A stretch of 64,000 nt of DNA from a virus (lineage: Duplodnaviria > Caudoviricetes). Positions within the stretch are counted from its first letter, which is position 1; each line of letters starts with the position of its first letter. Below the pieces are notes generated by a model. The model saw nothing but the letters and a program-made list of their open reading frames with translations, was not told where the DNA came from and did no database searches. Shown here piece by piece: positions 10,069 through 19,488 of this stretch. Position numbers and translations under genes: made by a program. The stretch lies in the IMG/VR virus record IMGVR_UViG_2799112265_000002, positions 32,001 to 96,000 of that record, one strand, 5' to 3'.

Positions 10069-10345
10069 GCCCCGCCTGGTGGTCCTCGCCGGGAACTTCC
10101 GGGAGTTCCTGTTCTGGTGCCGGGAGAACAAACGAAACCCCCGTGACCGGAACCTTATCTACGCCAGCGAAATGCACCGCCTGCAAGGCCTCGGCCCTAT
10201 CAGGTGGATCTCATACGGCACCGCCTATATGCGCCGCGACTACTGGGAAATGCGCCAGTACCTGAACTACCTGGAGAGGAGATACCAGTGCCCCGAGCAA
10301 AAGCCGGATGGGACGCAATCGGAAACCCCATCCCTGGAAACGTGA
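10046..10345 (+). CDS. Hypothetical protein
   Basis: Protein-like ORF filling the gap between helicase and primase. Confidence 0.55.
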   Translation: MDTSAPSEPRLVVLAGNFREFLFWCRENKRNPRDRNLIYASEMHRLQGLGPIRWISYGTAYMRRDYWEMRQYLNYLERRYQCPEQKPDGTQSETPSLET

Positions 10346-11250
10346 CCGCGTGCCTGGACACCCTGGAACTCGACTACAAGGTCCAGGGCGACGAAATACA
10401 CATGCCGTGCCCCATGCATGAGGCGCGCACCGGAAAGAAAGACGCACACCCATCCTTTTCCATAAACTTCGACGAAGGGTATTTCAACTGCTTCTCCTGC
10501 GGATACCGCGGGGCCTTCTGGGTCCTCGTCCGCGACGTCCTGGACCTGGACGCGAGCGAGGCCAAGAACTGGGTCAGGAAGCGGGGCGGAGCGGAGCGCG
10601 TCCGGAAGTACCTGGAGAAGAAGAAGCAGCGCGCTGAGCAGGTCGACACGACCAAGCAGATCAACGAGGCGTCGCTGGCCCTGTACACCACGCCGCCGCT
10701 GAGCGCCTGCGCCGAGCGGTTCTTCCTGCCGGAGGACGCCGAGACGTGCGGGGTGCTGTGGGATCCGGCCCGGGACATGTGGATCATCCCGGTCCGCGAC
10801 CCCGACACCGGGATGCTGTGGGGCTGGCAGGAGAAGAACGAGCGGTACTTCCGCAACCGGCCGCCGGGCATGGCGAAGTCCAAGACGCTCTTCGGCTTGC
10901 ACACCTACGACGACGACGTGGCCGTGCTGGTCGAGTCGCCGCTGGACGTGGTCCGGCTGTGGACGTGCGGGATCCGCGGGGGCTTGGCTTCCTACGGCGC
11001 CGGAGTCTCCGACGCGCAGATGTCCCTGATCCGCGACCACTTCGACACCGTCATCGTCGCCCTCGACAACGACGACGCCGGAGCGAAGGCCTGCCAGCGC
11101 CTGAAGGACGAGTGGACCGGCCGCGGCCTGACCCTCAAGTTCCTCGACTACTCCGTGGCCCCGCACGCCAAGGACCCCGGAGACATGAACGCCGACCAGA
11201 TCAAGGCCGCCGTCCGCGGCGCCTACTCATCCATCCTCGCCCGTTTCTAG
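10288..11250 (+). CDS. DNA primase (CHC2 zinc finger + TOPRIM)
   Basis: CPMH...CFSC zinc finger; VESPLD and LDNDDAG TOPRIM motifs; AGGAG RBS. Confidence 0.9.
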   Translation: MPRAKAGWDAIGNPIPGNVTACLDTLELDYKVQGDEIHMPCPMHEARTGKKDAHPSFSINFDEGYFNCFSCGYRGAFWVLVRDVLDLDASEAKNWVRKRGGAERVRKYLEKKKQRAEQVDTTKQINEASLALYTTPPLSACAERFFLPEDAETCGVLWDPARDMWIIPVRDPDTGMLWGWQEKNERYFRNRPPGMAKSKTLFGLHTYDDDVAVLVESPLDVVRLWTCGIRGGLASYGAGVSDAQMSLIRDHFDTVIVALDNDDAGAKACQRLKDEWTGRGLTLKFLDYSVAPHAKDPGDMNADQIKAAVRGAYSSILARF

Positions 11251-11297
11251 GAGCACACCGTGACGCTTAATACCTGCCCCCGCGAGGGGGACCCCCG

Positions 11298-11594
11298 ATG
11301 AAGGCACCCGAGGGCTACGAGCACCTGGGCCAGGAGTTCTGGGACCGCGTCGAGCCGGACCCGGACACCGACTGCCTGATCTACCAGTCCACCGCCACGC
11401 GGCCTTACTACCAGGGCAAGTCCCTGCTGACCTTCCTCACTGGAGGGGATGGCAGTCAGAAGCACAGGGCCTGCCGGCGTCGCATGTGTGCCAACCCTGA
11501 CCACATCCAGTCAGGGCACTTCAACCCCGGCACCCCGTTCGCCAAGAGGCCGCGGACCCGGGGACAGTTCAACCGGCAGTACAGCCAGTGCTAG
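11298..11594 (+). CDS. HNH-like protein (possibly degenerate)
   Basis: DCLIY...HRACRRRMCANPDHI resembles the HNH_3 zinc loop. Confidence 0.55.
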   Translation: MKAPEGYEHLGQEFWDRVEPDPDTDCLIYQSTATRPYYQGKSLLTFLTGGDGSQKHRACRRRMCANPDHIQSGHFNPGTPFAKRPRTRGQFNRQYSQC

Positions 11595-13231
11595 CCGTCG
11601 ACTTGCACGCGTACCAGGAGGAGGCGGTAGACCGCGCCGTCGAGCGCGGCTCCCTCCTGATCGCCTACGAGATGGGCCTGGGCAAGACCGTCATCGCCCT
11701 GGCCGCCATCGAGGAGCTGCTGGAGAAGGGGGAGGTGGAGACCGCGGTCATCGTGGTGCCGGCGAACCTCAAGTACCAGTGGGCCAAGTCCATCGCCCGC
11801 CTCACCGACGTGCCGACCCGTACGGTCACGGTGCGCGAGGACGGGCTGAAGCAGGAGATCACCGTCCCCACGGAGGAGTACTGCGTCCTGATCGACGGCG
11901 ACGCGAAGAAGCGCGCCGGGCTGTACGCCAAGGTCAAGACGCTCCGGCCGGAGTACGTGATCCTCGGCTACGAGAACGTCGTCAACGACTGGAACTACGT
12001 GAGGAGGATCAAGCCGGAGTGCATCGTCCTCGACGAGTGCACGGCCATCAAGACCTTCCGGGCCCAGCGCACGCGGAAGATCAAGAGGCTCACCGCGCCG
12101 TACCGCTTCGGCATGACCGGCACCCCGGTGGAGAACGGGAAGCCCGAGGAGCTGTTCTCGATCATGCAGTGGGTCGACGACCAGGTCCTCGGCCGCTTCG
12201 ACCTGTTCGACAAGTCGTTCATCGTGAGGAACCGCTTCGGTGGTGTCCAGCAGTACAAGAACTTGCCGGTCCTGCACGCCAAGCTGGCCGAGGTGATGGT
12301 CAGGAAGACGCGCCTGGACGACGATGTGCGGCCGTACCTGCCCGAGGTACAGGAGTCCATCATCCCGGTCGTGCTGGACCCCAAGACGAAGAAGGCCTAC
12401 AAGGCCATCTCCGCGGACCTGCTCGCCGAGCTGCGGGCGCTCGGGCCCAACACAGGCAACTTCGACTTGTTCGCCCACTACCACGGAGGAGACACCCCGA
12501 ACGAGAACAGTCAGCAGGGCAAGATCATGTCTCGCATGCAGGCCCTGGACATGCTGCTGAACCACCCGGACCTGATCGTCATGTCCGGGCAGCAGTATGA
12601 GGAGAGCCAGGAGGCACGCTCACGCGGCGCCGAGAAGAAGACCTGGCCCGGCTCGAAGTACGCCTACGAGGTGTGGCAGTCCGGCCTGCTCGACGAGGTC
12701 ACCACGTCCCCGAAACTGGACGCCGTGGCGGCAGCGATCGAGGACATCCTGGCGGTGCCCGGCAACAAGGTGATCGTCTTCAGCGTCAACCCTGACATGC
12801 TCGACCTGATCGGGGACAGGCTGCCGGCGGGATCCTTCGTCACCTACACCGGCCGGATGTCCTCCGCGGCCAAGGCCTACGCCGCCCAGCGATTCGAGGC
12901 TGACCCGGACTGCCGGGTGTTCCTGTCCAGTCACGCGGGCGCCTTCGGCACCGACCTGTACATGGCCAACTACCTGATCAACTACGACCTCGCCTGGAGC
13001 GCGGGTAAGCAGGACCAGATCAACGCCCGGCACAACCGGGCCAGCAGTCAGTTCCGGGACATCTACATCCTGAACGCCATCACCCAGGGGACCACCGAGC
13101 CGCGCAAGCTGTCGATGCTGGCGCACAAGCGGCGGGTCGGCTCGGCCATCACGGACGGGCGCGGGGCGGATGAGAAGGGGCGCATCGAGAACGACGTGCA
13201 GACGCTGACTCAGTGCCTGGACGCGGCGTAA
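11588..13231 (+). CDS. SNF2-family helicase
   Basis: MGLGKT, LDECT, MTGTPVEN, QINARHNR motifs. Confidence 0.9.
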   Translation: MLAVDLHAYQEEAVDRAVERGSLLIAYEMGLGKTVIALAAIEELLEKGEVETAVIVVPANLKYQWAKSIARLTDVPTRTVTVREDGLKQEITVPTEEYCVLIDGDAKKRAGLYAKVKTLRPEYVILGYENVVNDWNYVRRIKPECIVLDECTAIKTFRAQRTRKIKRLTAPYRFGMTGTPVENGKPEELFSIMQWVDDQVLGRFDLFDKSFIVRNRFGGVQQYKNLPVLHAKLAEVMVRKTRLDDDVRPYLPEVQESIIPVVLDPKTKKAYKAISADLLAELRALGPNTGNFDLFAHYHGGDTPNENSQQGKIMSRMQALDMLLNHPDLIVMSGQQYEESQEARSRGAEKKTWPGSKYAYEVWQSGLLDEVTTSPKLDAVAAAIEDILAVPGNKVIVFSVNPDMLDLIGDRLPAGSFVTYTGRMSSAAKAYAAQRFEADPDCRVFLSSHAGAFGTDLYMANYLINYDLAWSAGKQDQINARHNRASSQFRDIYILNAITQGTTEPRKLSMLAHKRRVGSAITDGRGADEKGRIENDVQTLTQCLDAA

Positions 13232-13438
13232 CTTCCAGGATCCCATGCAGGACGTCGAGTGGTTGTAAAGGGTTTCCCGCGTGTCACTATCAAAGCATGC
13301 GAGAAGACCCACTCGACGTCCTGCTCCGTGAGGGGCTGGAGGACGTCATGCACCCCCCGGAGGAGCAGGAGGACTGGGACCTGACCCCCGTCCGCCTGGC
13401 TCGTCGCGGTGCCGTCGCCGACCGCTGGTGAACGATGT

Positions 13439-13489
13439 AAAGCGGTTTCCGTAGATCCGTTGACAAGGGCATATGCCTCTCCGTAGAGT
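13439..13489 (+). promoter_or_regulatory. Promoter cassette
   Basis: AAAGCGGTTT at 13439; TTGACA(13460)-18nt-TAGAGT. Confidence 0.75.
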
Positions 13490-13547
13490 CGACCTCACCA
13501 AGCAGGAACCGAACAGAGGATCGAATCGCTACGCAGGGGAGACGCAA

Positions 13548-13895
13548 GTGACCACCATCGCTGAAGCACTCGGCATCGACTGGACCGCCCGCCTCTCGGA
13601 CGAGTCCCCCGAGTACCGCCTGACCCACCACGCGCAGAAGCAGGCGCAGGCCAAGGGCTGGACGTCCCAGCAGGTCCTGGACGCCGCCAACCGCCCGCAC
13701 CACACGTACCCCTCCGGCCGCGTACCTGGCCAGTACCGCCACGTGAAGGGCGACATCGTCGCCATCGTGGACCCCGTACAGCACCGCGTCGTCACCGTCT
13801 ACCAGGACGTCGAGGAGACCGACCTCCGTCCGGACCAGACCGACCGGGACGCGCAGACCTACGCCAAGCGCCACGCCTCCCTCGGCTGCAAGTAA
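13548..13895 (+). CDS. DUF4258-like (RelE-fold) protein
   Basis: YRLTHHAQKQAQAKGW...VVTVY pattern; has its own promoter and a GGAG RBS. Confidence 0.6.
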   Translation: MTTIAEALGIDWTARLSDESPEYRLTHHAQKQAQAKGWTSQQVLDAANRPHHTYPSGRVPGQYRHVKGDIVAIVDPVQHRVVTVYQDVEETDLRPDQTDRDAQTYAKRHASLGCK

Positions 13896-13919
13896 CACCT
13901 TCGAAACGCGTAATCGATA

Positions 13920-13949
13920 TGGACTTCTGCAAAGACGTAATGGTAGAGT
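13920..13949 (+). promoter_or_regulatory. Promoter
   Basis: TGGACT-18nt-TAGAGT, with CGTAAT boxes at 13909 and 13936. Confidence 0.55.
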
Positions 13950-13995
13950 CGTATCTGCTCAACCGACCTACTACGTAGAAAGAGAGCCCCGCTCT

Positions 13996-14472
13996 ATGGC
14001 TACAGTCCCGAGACGAGCAACCCGACGCACCGAGCGCCCCATCTCCCTCGACCAGGCCGCGCCCTGGGAGAAGACCCGGCAGTTCCTGGCCCTGAAGTTC
14101 CAGGAGGCCGACATCGTCAGCCGCAAGAACAAGTTGCGCGACGAGGTCTCCGCCCACGTGGACGCCAACGGCGAGACCGACGAGAAGGGCAGCAAGTTCT
14201 GGCGCCTGCCGACGCCCATCGAGGTCAACGGCCAGACCTTCACCGAGGTCAAGCGCGAACGCCGCGTCTCCCAGTCCCTCGACGAGGAGAAGACCGACGA
14301 ACTGGTCACCGCCAAGGGTGTCCGGAACCGCGTCTTCAAGACGGTCGAGATGGAGGTCCTGGACCAGGACGAGTTGTACGTCCTCAACCAGGAGGGCGTC
14401 ATCTCCGACGACGAACTGGACGGCCTCTGGGTCGAGAACGTGTCCTTCGCTTTCAAGCCCATCCGCGGCTGA
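13996..14472 (+). CDS. Hypothetical protein
   Basis: Strong codon bias; charged helical protein. Confidence 0.75.
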   Translation: MATVPRRATRRTERPISLDQAAPWEKTRQFLALKFQEADIVSRKNKLRDEVSAHVDANGETDEKGSKFWRLPTPIEVNGQTFTEVKRERRVSQSLDEEKTDELVTAKGVRNRVFKTVEMEVLDQDELYVLNQEGVISDDELDGLWVENVSFAFKPIRG

Positions 14473-14487
14473 CAGGAGTCCCACCAC

Positions 14488-14958
14488 ATGAGCACCATCG
14501 CCAACAGCATCGACCAGGCCTTCGCCGAGATCGGCGAGCAGTTCTACCCCGGCTCGACGCGCCCCTTGGTACGTCACCGGAACCGGCTTAATACCGAGGC
14601 CGCCCCGTCGGCGGCCGACCCCAGTGCCTGGGACGCCAAGCCGCGCAAGTACGTGGTCGGTGGCGTGGAGACCGAGTTCTTCACCGTCGGCCAGTTGGCC
14701 CAGGCCCTCGGCCGGCAGCCGGTCACGATCCGGAAGTGGGAGCGCGAGGGAGTCATCCCGAAGAGCACCTTCCAGTCCCCGGGCCGTGACGGAGACGTCC
14801 GCGGCCGGCGCCGCCTCTACACCCGCGCGCAGGTTGAGGGCATCGTCCGCATCGCGCACGAGGAGGGCGTCCTGGTCTCCCACCAGAAGCCCATCAAGGA
14901 CACCCAGTTCACCCCCCGGGTGATCGCCCTGTTCGAGCGTCTGGCGGCCGAGCAGTGA
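14488..14958 (+). CDS. MerR-like HTH DNA-binding protein
   Basis: FTVGQLAQALGRQPVTIRKWEREGVIP...RRLYT. Confidence 0.8.
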   Translation: MSTIANSIDQAFAEIGEQFYPGSTRPLVRHRNRLNTEAAPSAADPSAWDAKPRKYVVGGVETEFFTVGQLAQALGRQPVTIRKWEREGVIPKSTFQSPGRDGDVRGRRRLYTRAQVEGIVRIAHEEGVLVSHQKPIKDTQFTPRVIALFERLAAEQ

Positions 14959-15188
14959 GGGTCGTCAAGAGCGCCAAGCATCACGTGTCCATGGGGAACT
15001 TCGAGTGGGTGGAGTTCGGCTACGAGGTCGACATCGACTCCGACGACTTCCCCAAGGCGCGGTCCCTTGAGGACCTGGACAAGATCGCCACCGACCAGAT
15101 CGACAAGGCCCTCGCGGCCGACATCGAAGAGGCCCGGCTGAACACCGCCGAGAAGAACTCCTACATCCACTTGTTCCGACAGGAGTAA
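14955..15188 (+). CDS. Hypothetical protein
   Basis: GTGA overlap, codon bias. Confidence 0.7.
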   Translation: MRVVKSAKHHVSMGNFEWVEFGYEVDIDSDDFPKARSLEDLDKIATDQIDKALAADIEEARLNTAEKNSYIHLFRQE

Positions 15189-15190
15189 CC

Positions 15191-15664
15191 GTGCAGCCTG
15201 CTGAGTTCCCCTTCGTGGAAGGCGTCCACTACGAGGTAGCCGAGAACGGCTGCTGGGAGTGGCGGCTGACCCGAACCCCTCGGGGATACGGGCAGGCATG
15301 GGACGCACGGGTCAAGAAGACCCGCTACGCGCACCGGATCGCGTGGGAGTACGCCAACGGCAGGTCCCTGGAGCCGAGTGAGGTGGTTCGCCACGACTGC
15401 GACAACCCTCCCTGCATCCGCCCCAAGGACCTGCTGGTGGGCACCCAGGCCGACAACCTCCGGGACATGCGCGAGCGAAACCGGCAGGCCCGTGGGGACA
15501 ACCACGGCCGGGCCAAGCTGACCGACGAGGAGGTCGCTGCCATACGCGCCGAGTACACCGGCGCTCGCGGTGAGAAGACTCGCCTGGCCAAGAAGTACAA
15601 CGTCCACAAGACACGGATCGGCCAGATCCTCTCTGGCGACCGACCTACTAATCAGGAGAACTGA
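15191..15664 (+). CDS. HNH homing endonuclease
   Basis: CWEW, YAHRIAW, HDCDNPPCIRPKDL..GTQADN; C-terminal HTH. Confidence 0.9.
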   Translation: MQPAEFPFVEGVHYEVAENGCWEWRLTRTPRGYGQAWDARVKKTRYAHRIAWEYANGRSLEPSEVVRHDCDNPPCIRPKDLLVGTQADNLRDMRERNRQARGDNHGRAKLTDEEVAAIRAEYTGARGEKTRLAKKYNVHKTRIGQILSGDRPTNQEN

Positions 15665-15666
15665 GT

Positions 15667-16479
15667 ATGCCCCGCACTCTGACCCGCCGCCGTACCGCCC
15701 GCGACACCGAGGCCTACTCGCCGGCCGACGAGCCGGAGGAGGAGCACGGCTACGCCGACGAGGAGGATGAGGCCCCCACCCGCGGCTCCCGTCGCGGCGC
15801 CCGCCAGTCGCTTAATACCGAGGAGGCCGGCACCTCCTCCCGCCGTTCGCGGCGTCCCTCCCGCGACGAGGACGACGAGGACGACGAGCCCGCGCCGAAG
15901 GTCGGCGGAAAGGGCTGGGGCTCCTACGAGAAGACCAAGCAGGCCTCCTCCGGCTTCCCCGACAACTTCAAGGCGACCGGCGAGTCCGTCATCGTCCACT
16001 TCCTGGACGACGAACCGTTCCTGGTCTTCCTCCAGCACTGGATCGAGCGCAAGGGCAAGAAGTCCTTCACGTGCCTCGAAAGCAAGTGCCCGCTGTGCGA
16101 CGACGCCGGGGACAAGCCGTCCCAGCAGGTGTGCTTCAACGTCGTCGACTTCACCGACCCCGAGGACCCGCAGATCAAGGTCTGGCAGGTCGGCCCGATG
16201 GTCGCCGACATCCTGAAGAACTACGCCAAGGACAAGAAGACGTCGCCGATCAACCGCGACGACCTGTACTTCTCGGTCCGCAAGGAGACCAAGAACAACA
16301 AGACCACCTACTACATCACGCCCGTCAAGGAGCGTGACCTCCTCGACGACTGGGACATCGAGCCCCTGGAGGACGAGGACCTGGAGGAATTCGACTCCAA
16401 GGCCTACGACGAGGGCATCCTCCAGGTCACCCGGCGCAGCGAACTCAAGGACATCGTCCGGGAAATCCTGAACGACTAG
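15667..16479 (+). CDS. Single-stranded DNA-binding protein (T4 gp32-like)
   Basis: QHW...TCLESKCPLC zinc motif; acidic termini; next to the polymerase. Confidence 0.7.
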   Translation: MPRTLTRRRTARDTEAYSPADEPEEEHGYADEEDEAPTRGSRRGARQSLNTEEAGTSSRRSRRPSRDEDDEDDEPAPKVGGKGWGSYEKTKQASSGFPDNFKATGESVIVHFLDDEPFLVFLQHWIERKGKKSFTCLESKCPLCDDAGDKPSQQVCFNVVDFTDPEDPQIKVWQVGPMVADILKNYAKDKKTSPINRDDLYFSVRKETKNNKTTYYITPVKERDLLDDWDIEPLEDEDLEEFDSKAYDEGILQVTRRSELKDIVREILND

Positions 16480-16559
16480 GCCCCCGCGGGGAGGCTCTGG
16501 CGCCAGCTCGGCGCTGGGCCTCCCCCTCAGCTTCCCACCCACCACCACCGGAGCCCGCT

Positions 16560-18536
16560 GTGCAGATCCGCAACTCCGTCATCCTCACCCCCGACCGACT
16601 TAATACCTTGGTCGAGCGCTTCATGGAGCGCCCGGCCTTCGCATTCGACATCGAGACGTTCGGCGCCAACCGAAACGTTCCGACGCAGAACGTCGCCAAC
16701 TGGATAAGCCTGGCCACCGACGGCGAGGCCTACGCCATCCCGTTCGGCCACCCCAACGGCGACGTCCTGATCAGCAAGGCCACGCGCAAGAAGAACCGGC
16801 TTACCGGCAAGTTCGACGCCATCCCGGCCGTCTACGACGCCCCACCGGAGCAGATGCTGCCCTCCGAGGTGTTCAGCATCCTCAAGCCCCTGTTCTTCGC
16901 CGAGGACAAGATCAAGATCGCGCACAACGCGACCTTCGACCTGATCTCCACGGCCAAGTACTGGGGTGAGATCTGCCCGCCGGAGTACAGCGACACCATC
17001 GTGCTCCAGTGGCTCCTCGACGAAAACATGAAGCAGAAGAGCCTCGACGCCCTGGTCAAGCGCTACTACAAGGTCGACTACAAGGACAACGTCGGTAAGT
17101 GCGTCGAGGCCCACCCCTTCTCCAAGGTCGCGCACTACGCGTACATGGACGCGAAGTACACGTGGCTGCTCTGGAAGCGATTCCAGAAGCAGATCCGGGA
17201 GCAGAACCTGACCCACGTGCGGCGCCTGGAGGAGGACGTCCTGGGTGTCCTGCTGGACATGGGCATCACCGGGGCGCCGGTCGACGAGGCAGCGATGCGC
17301 GAGCTGGTCCAGGACATGCAGGCCCGGCTCGTCGAGATCGAGGGCAGCATCTACCGGGCCGCGGGCAAGCAGTTCAACTTGAACGCCCCGGCGCAGAAGG
17401 CCGAGGTGCTGTACGCCCCGAAGAAGGACGGCGGCCAGGGCCTCAAGCCCCTGAAGCCGACCGACGGCGGGAAGAAGAAGCGGGACGCCGGCCAGGAGCT
17501 GGAGTGGAAGGACTTCAGCACCGACTCCGACTCCCTGGAGAAGCACCCGAACAACCCCGTCGTCAAGGCGATGCTGGAGTACGCGGAAGTCAGCAAGCTG
17601 CTGTCGTACCCGGTGGCCTACCTCGGAGACCCCGAGGACAAGGACAAGCCCTGCCGGATCTTCGACGGCCGGATCCATGCCGACTTCGTCCAGTACGGGA
17701 CGGTGACTGGACGATTCTCCTGCCGGGAACCCAACCTCCAGAACATCCCCCGGCCGGACACGGAACTGGGTAAGAAGATCCGCGGTCTGTTCATCGCGCC
17801 GCCCGGCTACAAGCTGGTCGTCGCGGACTACGGCCAGATCGAACTCGTCGTCCTCGCGCACTTCATCGGCCGCGGTGACCTCTACAAGGGGTTCCACCAG
17901 GGAGTCGACCCGCACTCGGCGACGGCCGCCGCGCTGATGGGTGTGGACCCGCAGGAGTTCATGCGGCGGGTCAAGGAGGGCGACCGAACCTGCATCGACT
18001 TCCGCCAGGTGGCCAAGGGCATCAACTTCGCCGTCGTGTACGGCGCGGGCCCGGACAAGGTGGCCTCGATGGCTGGCATCTCCGTCAAGGACGCGAAGAA
18101 GTTCATGGAGATGCACCAGAAGATGTTCCCGGAGATCTACCGCTTCAAGGAAGAGGTCATACGCGTCTGCCGGTCGCGCCGTCCTCCGCACATCCGGACG
18201 CTGCTGGGCCGCAAGCGGCGCCTGCCGCTCATCCTCAGCCAGAACAACGGCCTGCGGATGGGCGCCGAGCGTCAGGCAGTGAACAGCCTCATCCAGGGCA
18301 GCGCGGCCGACCTGATCAAACTCGCGATGATCCGGCTGAACAACTCCCTGCCGGACGACATGCGCCTGATCCTCTCCGTGCACGACGAACTCGTGACACT
18401 CGCGCCGGAGGACAAGGCCGAGGAATGCGCTGCGCTGGTCCGGGAGGCCATGCTCGGCGAAGGAATCCAGAAACTGCTCAAGGTACCGCTCTCGTCGGAC
18501 GTGAAAATCGTGGACCGCTGGTCGGAGGCAAAGTAA
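16560..18536 (+). CDS. polA: Family A DNA polymerase (3'-5' exonuclease + polymerase)
   Basis: FDIET, AHNATFD, TGRFSCREPNLQNIP, ADYGQIE, AKGINFAVVYG, VHDEL. Confidence 0.95.
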   Translation: MQIRNSVILTPDRLNTLVERFMERPAFAFDIETFGANRNVPTQNVANWISLATDGEAYAIPFGHPNGDVLISKATRKKNRLTGKFDAIPAVYDAPPEQMLPSEVFSILKPLFFAEDKIKIAHNATFDLISTAKYWGEICPPEYSDTIVLQWLLDENMKQKSLDALVKRYYKVDYKDNVGKCVEAHPFSKVAHYAYMDAKYTWLLWKRFQKQIREQNLTHVRRLEEDVLGVLLDMGITGAPVDEAAMRELVQDMQARLVEIEGSIYRAAGKQFNLNAPAQKAEVLYAPKKDGGQGLKPLKPTDGGKKKRDAGQELEWKDFSTDSDSLEKHPNNPVVKAMLEYAEVSKLLSYPVAYLGDPEDKDKPCRIFDGRIHADFVQYGTVTGRFSCREPNLQNIPRPDTELGKKIRGLFIAPPGYKLVVADYGQIELVVLAHFIGRGDLYKGFHQGVDPHSATAAALMGVDPQEFMRRVKEGDRTCIDFRQVAKGINFAVVYGAGPDKVASMAGISVKDAKKFMEMHQKMFPEIYRFKEEVIRVCRSRRPPHIRTLLGRKRRLPLILSQNNGLRMGAERQAVNSLIQGSAADLIKLAMIRLNNSLPDDMRLILSVHDELVTLAPEDKAEECAALVREAMLGEGIQKLLKVPLSSDVKIVDRWSEAK

Positions 18537-19006
18537 TGGGACTGTTCAGCAGGAAGAACAAGGACGAAGACAACCCGCTCGACGCGCTTAATACCGACGA
18601 CGACCTCCAGGTCGACATCTACACCCCGCAGATGCTGACCAAGCGCCTGGCCTGGGACATCGTCCCGTGCAGCGAGGTCGAGCGGCTGATCCCCCTCATG
18701 GGGCTCACCCCTGACAGCCCCGACGTCTCCGACATGGAGCACAAGGCCAGCCACGACAGGATCGACGCGCTCGCACCCCTGAAGGAAATGCTAGCGCTGT
18801 TCATCCCGATAGTTTCTGGCATTACCGCCTCGGCTATGCTGGTTAACTCCGGAAATTCCGTGGACGAGGAAACCGCAGCAGTTCTTCAGCGGCATCATTC
18901 CGTAGTCGTCCGCGCCGGAATTGTGGCGATCCTCGCCAATCTCCTCGACATGGGAATCATCAGTTACGCGGATGGAGTGCAGTTCGGTGACGAACTTCTG
19001 GGCTAA
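18536..19006 (+). CDS. Hypothetical protein
   Basis: TAATG coupling to polA. Confidence 0.7.
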   Translation: MGLFSRKNKDEDNPLDALNTDDDLQVDIYTPQMLTKRLAWDIVPCSEVERLIPLMGLTPDSPDVSDMEHKASHDRIDALAPLKEMLALFIPIVSGITASAMLVNSGNSVDEETAAVLQRHHSVVVRAGIVAILANLLDMGIISYADGVQFGDELLG

Positions 19007-19445
19007 CAAACTGGGGGCGGCCACTCGACCGGCCGCCCCGGCCCCGGCCCCTGCGCCGGTACAGCAGCAGCCGCAGGGCGGAGCCTGGTGGAAGCCGCAG
19101 CCGACAGCGGCCTACCCCACCCCGCCCCAGCCCCAGCCCCAGCAGACAGTGCCACTTAATACCGAGGGCCAGGCACCGGCCCGCGCAATGGTGGCCAAGC
19201 AGGACACTCACTGCCCTGACTGCGGAGGCTCGAACTACTTCAAGCCGGTGGGCATGCACAACGCCATGTCGCAGTGCTACGAGTGCGGCTACAACCCGCG
19301 CTTCCAGCAGTCGACCGCCGGCCTGCCGTCTGGCAGCGGAGGAGACGGACCCGCCACGCCCGCCAAGCAGGTCGCCTCGGGCGGTCTGGGCGGCCGGAGC
19401 AACTACAACCCCGGCGCCATCATCCGGCCCGACGGCTCGGTCTAA
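18987..19445 (+). CDS. Zinc-ribbon protein with Pro/Gln-rich N-terminus
   Basis: CPDCG...CYECGY; GGAG RBS before GTG. Confidence 0.7.
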   Translation: MTNFWANKLGAATRPAAPAPAPAPVQQQPQGGAWWKPQPTAAYPTPPQPQPQQTVPLNTEGQAPARAMVAKQDTHCPDCGGSNYFKPVGMHNAMSQCYECGYNPRFQQSTAGLPSGSGGDGPATPAKQVASGGLGGRSNYNPGAIIRPDGSV

Positions 19446-19488
19446 GCGCCCTCCTCCCTGATCATCACGACTGAACGGAATTACCCCG

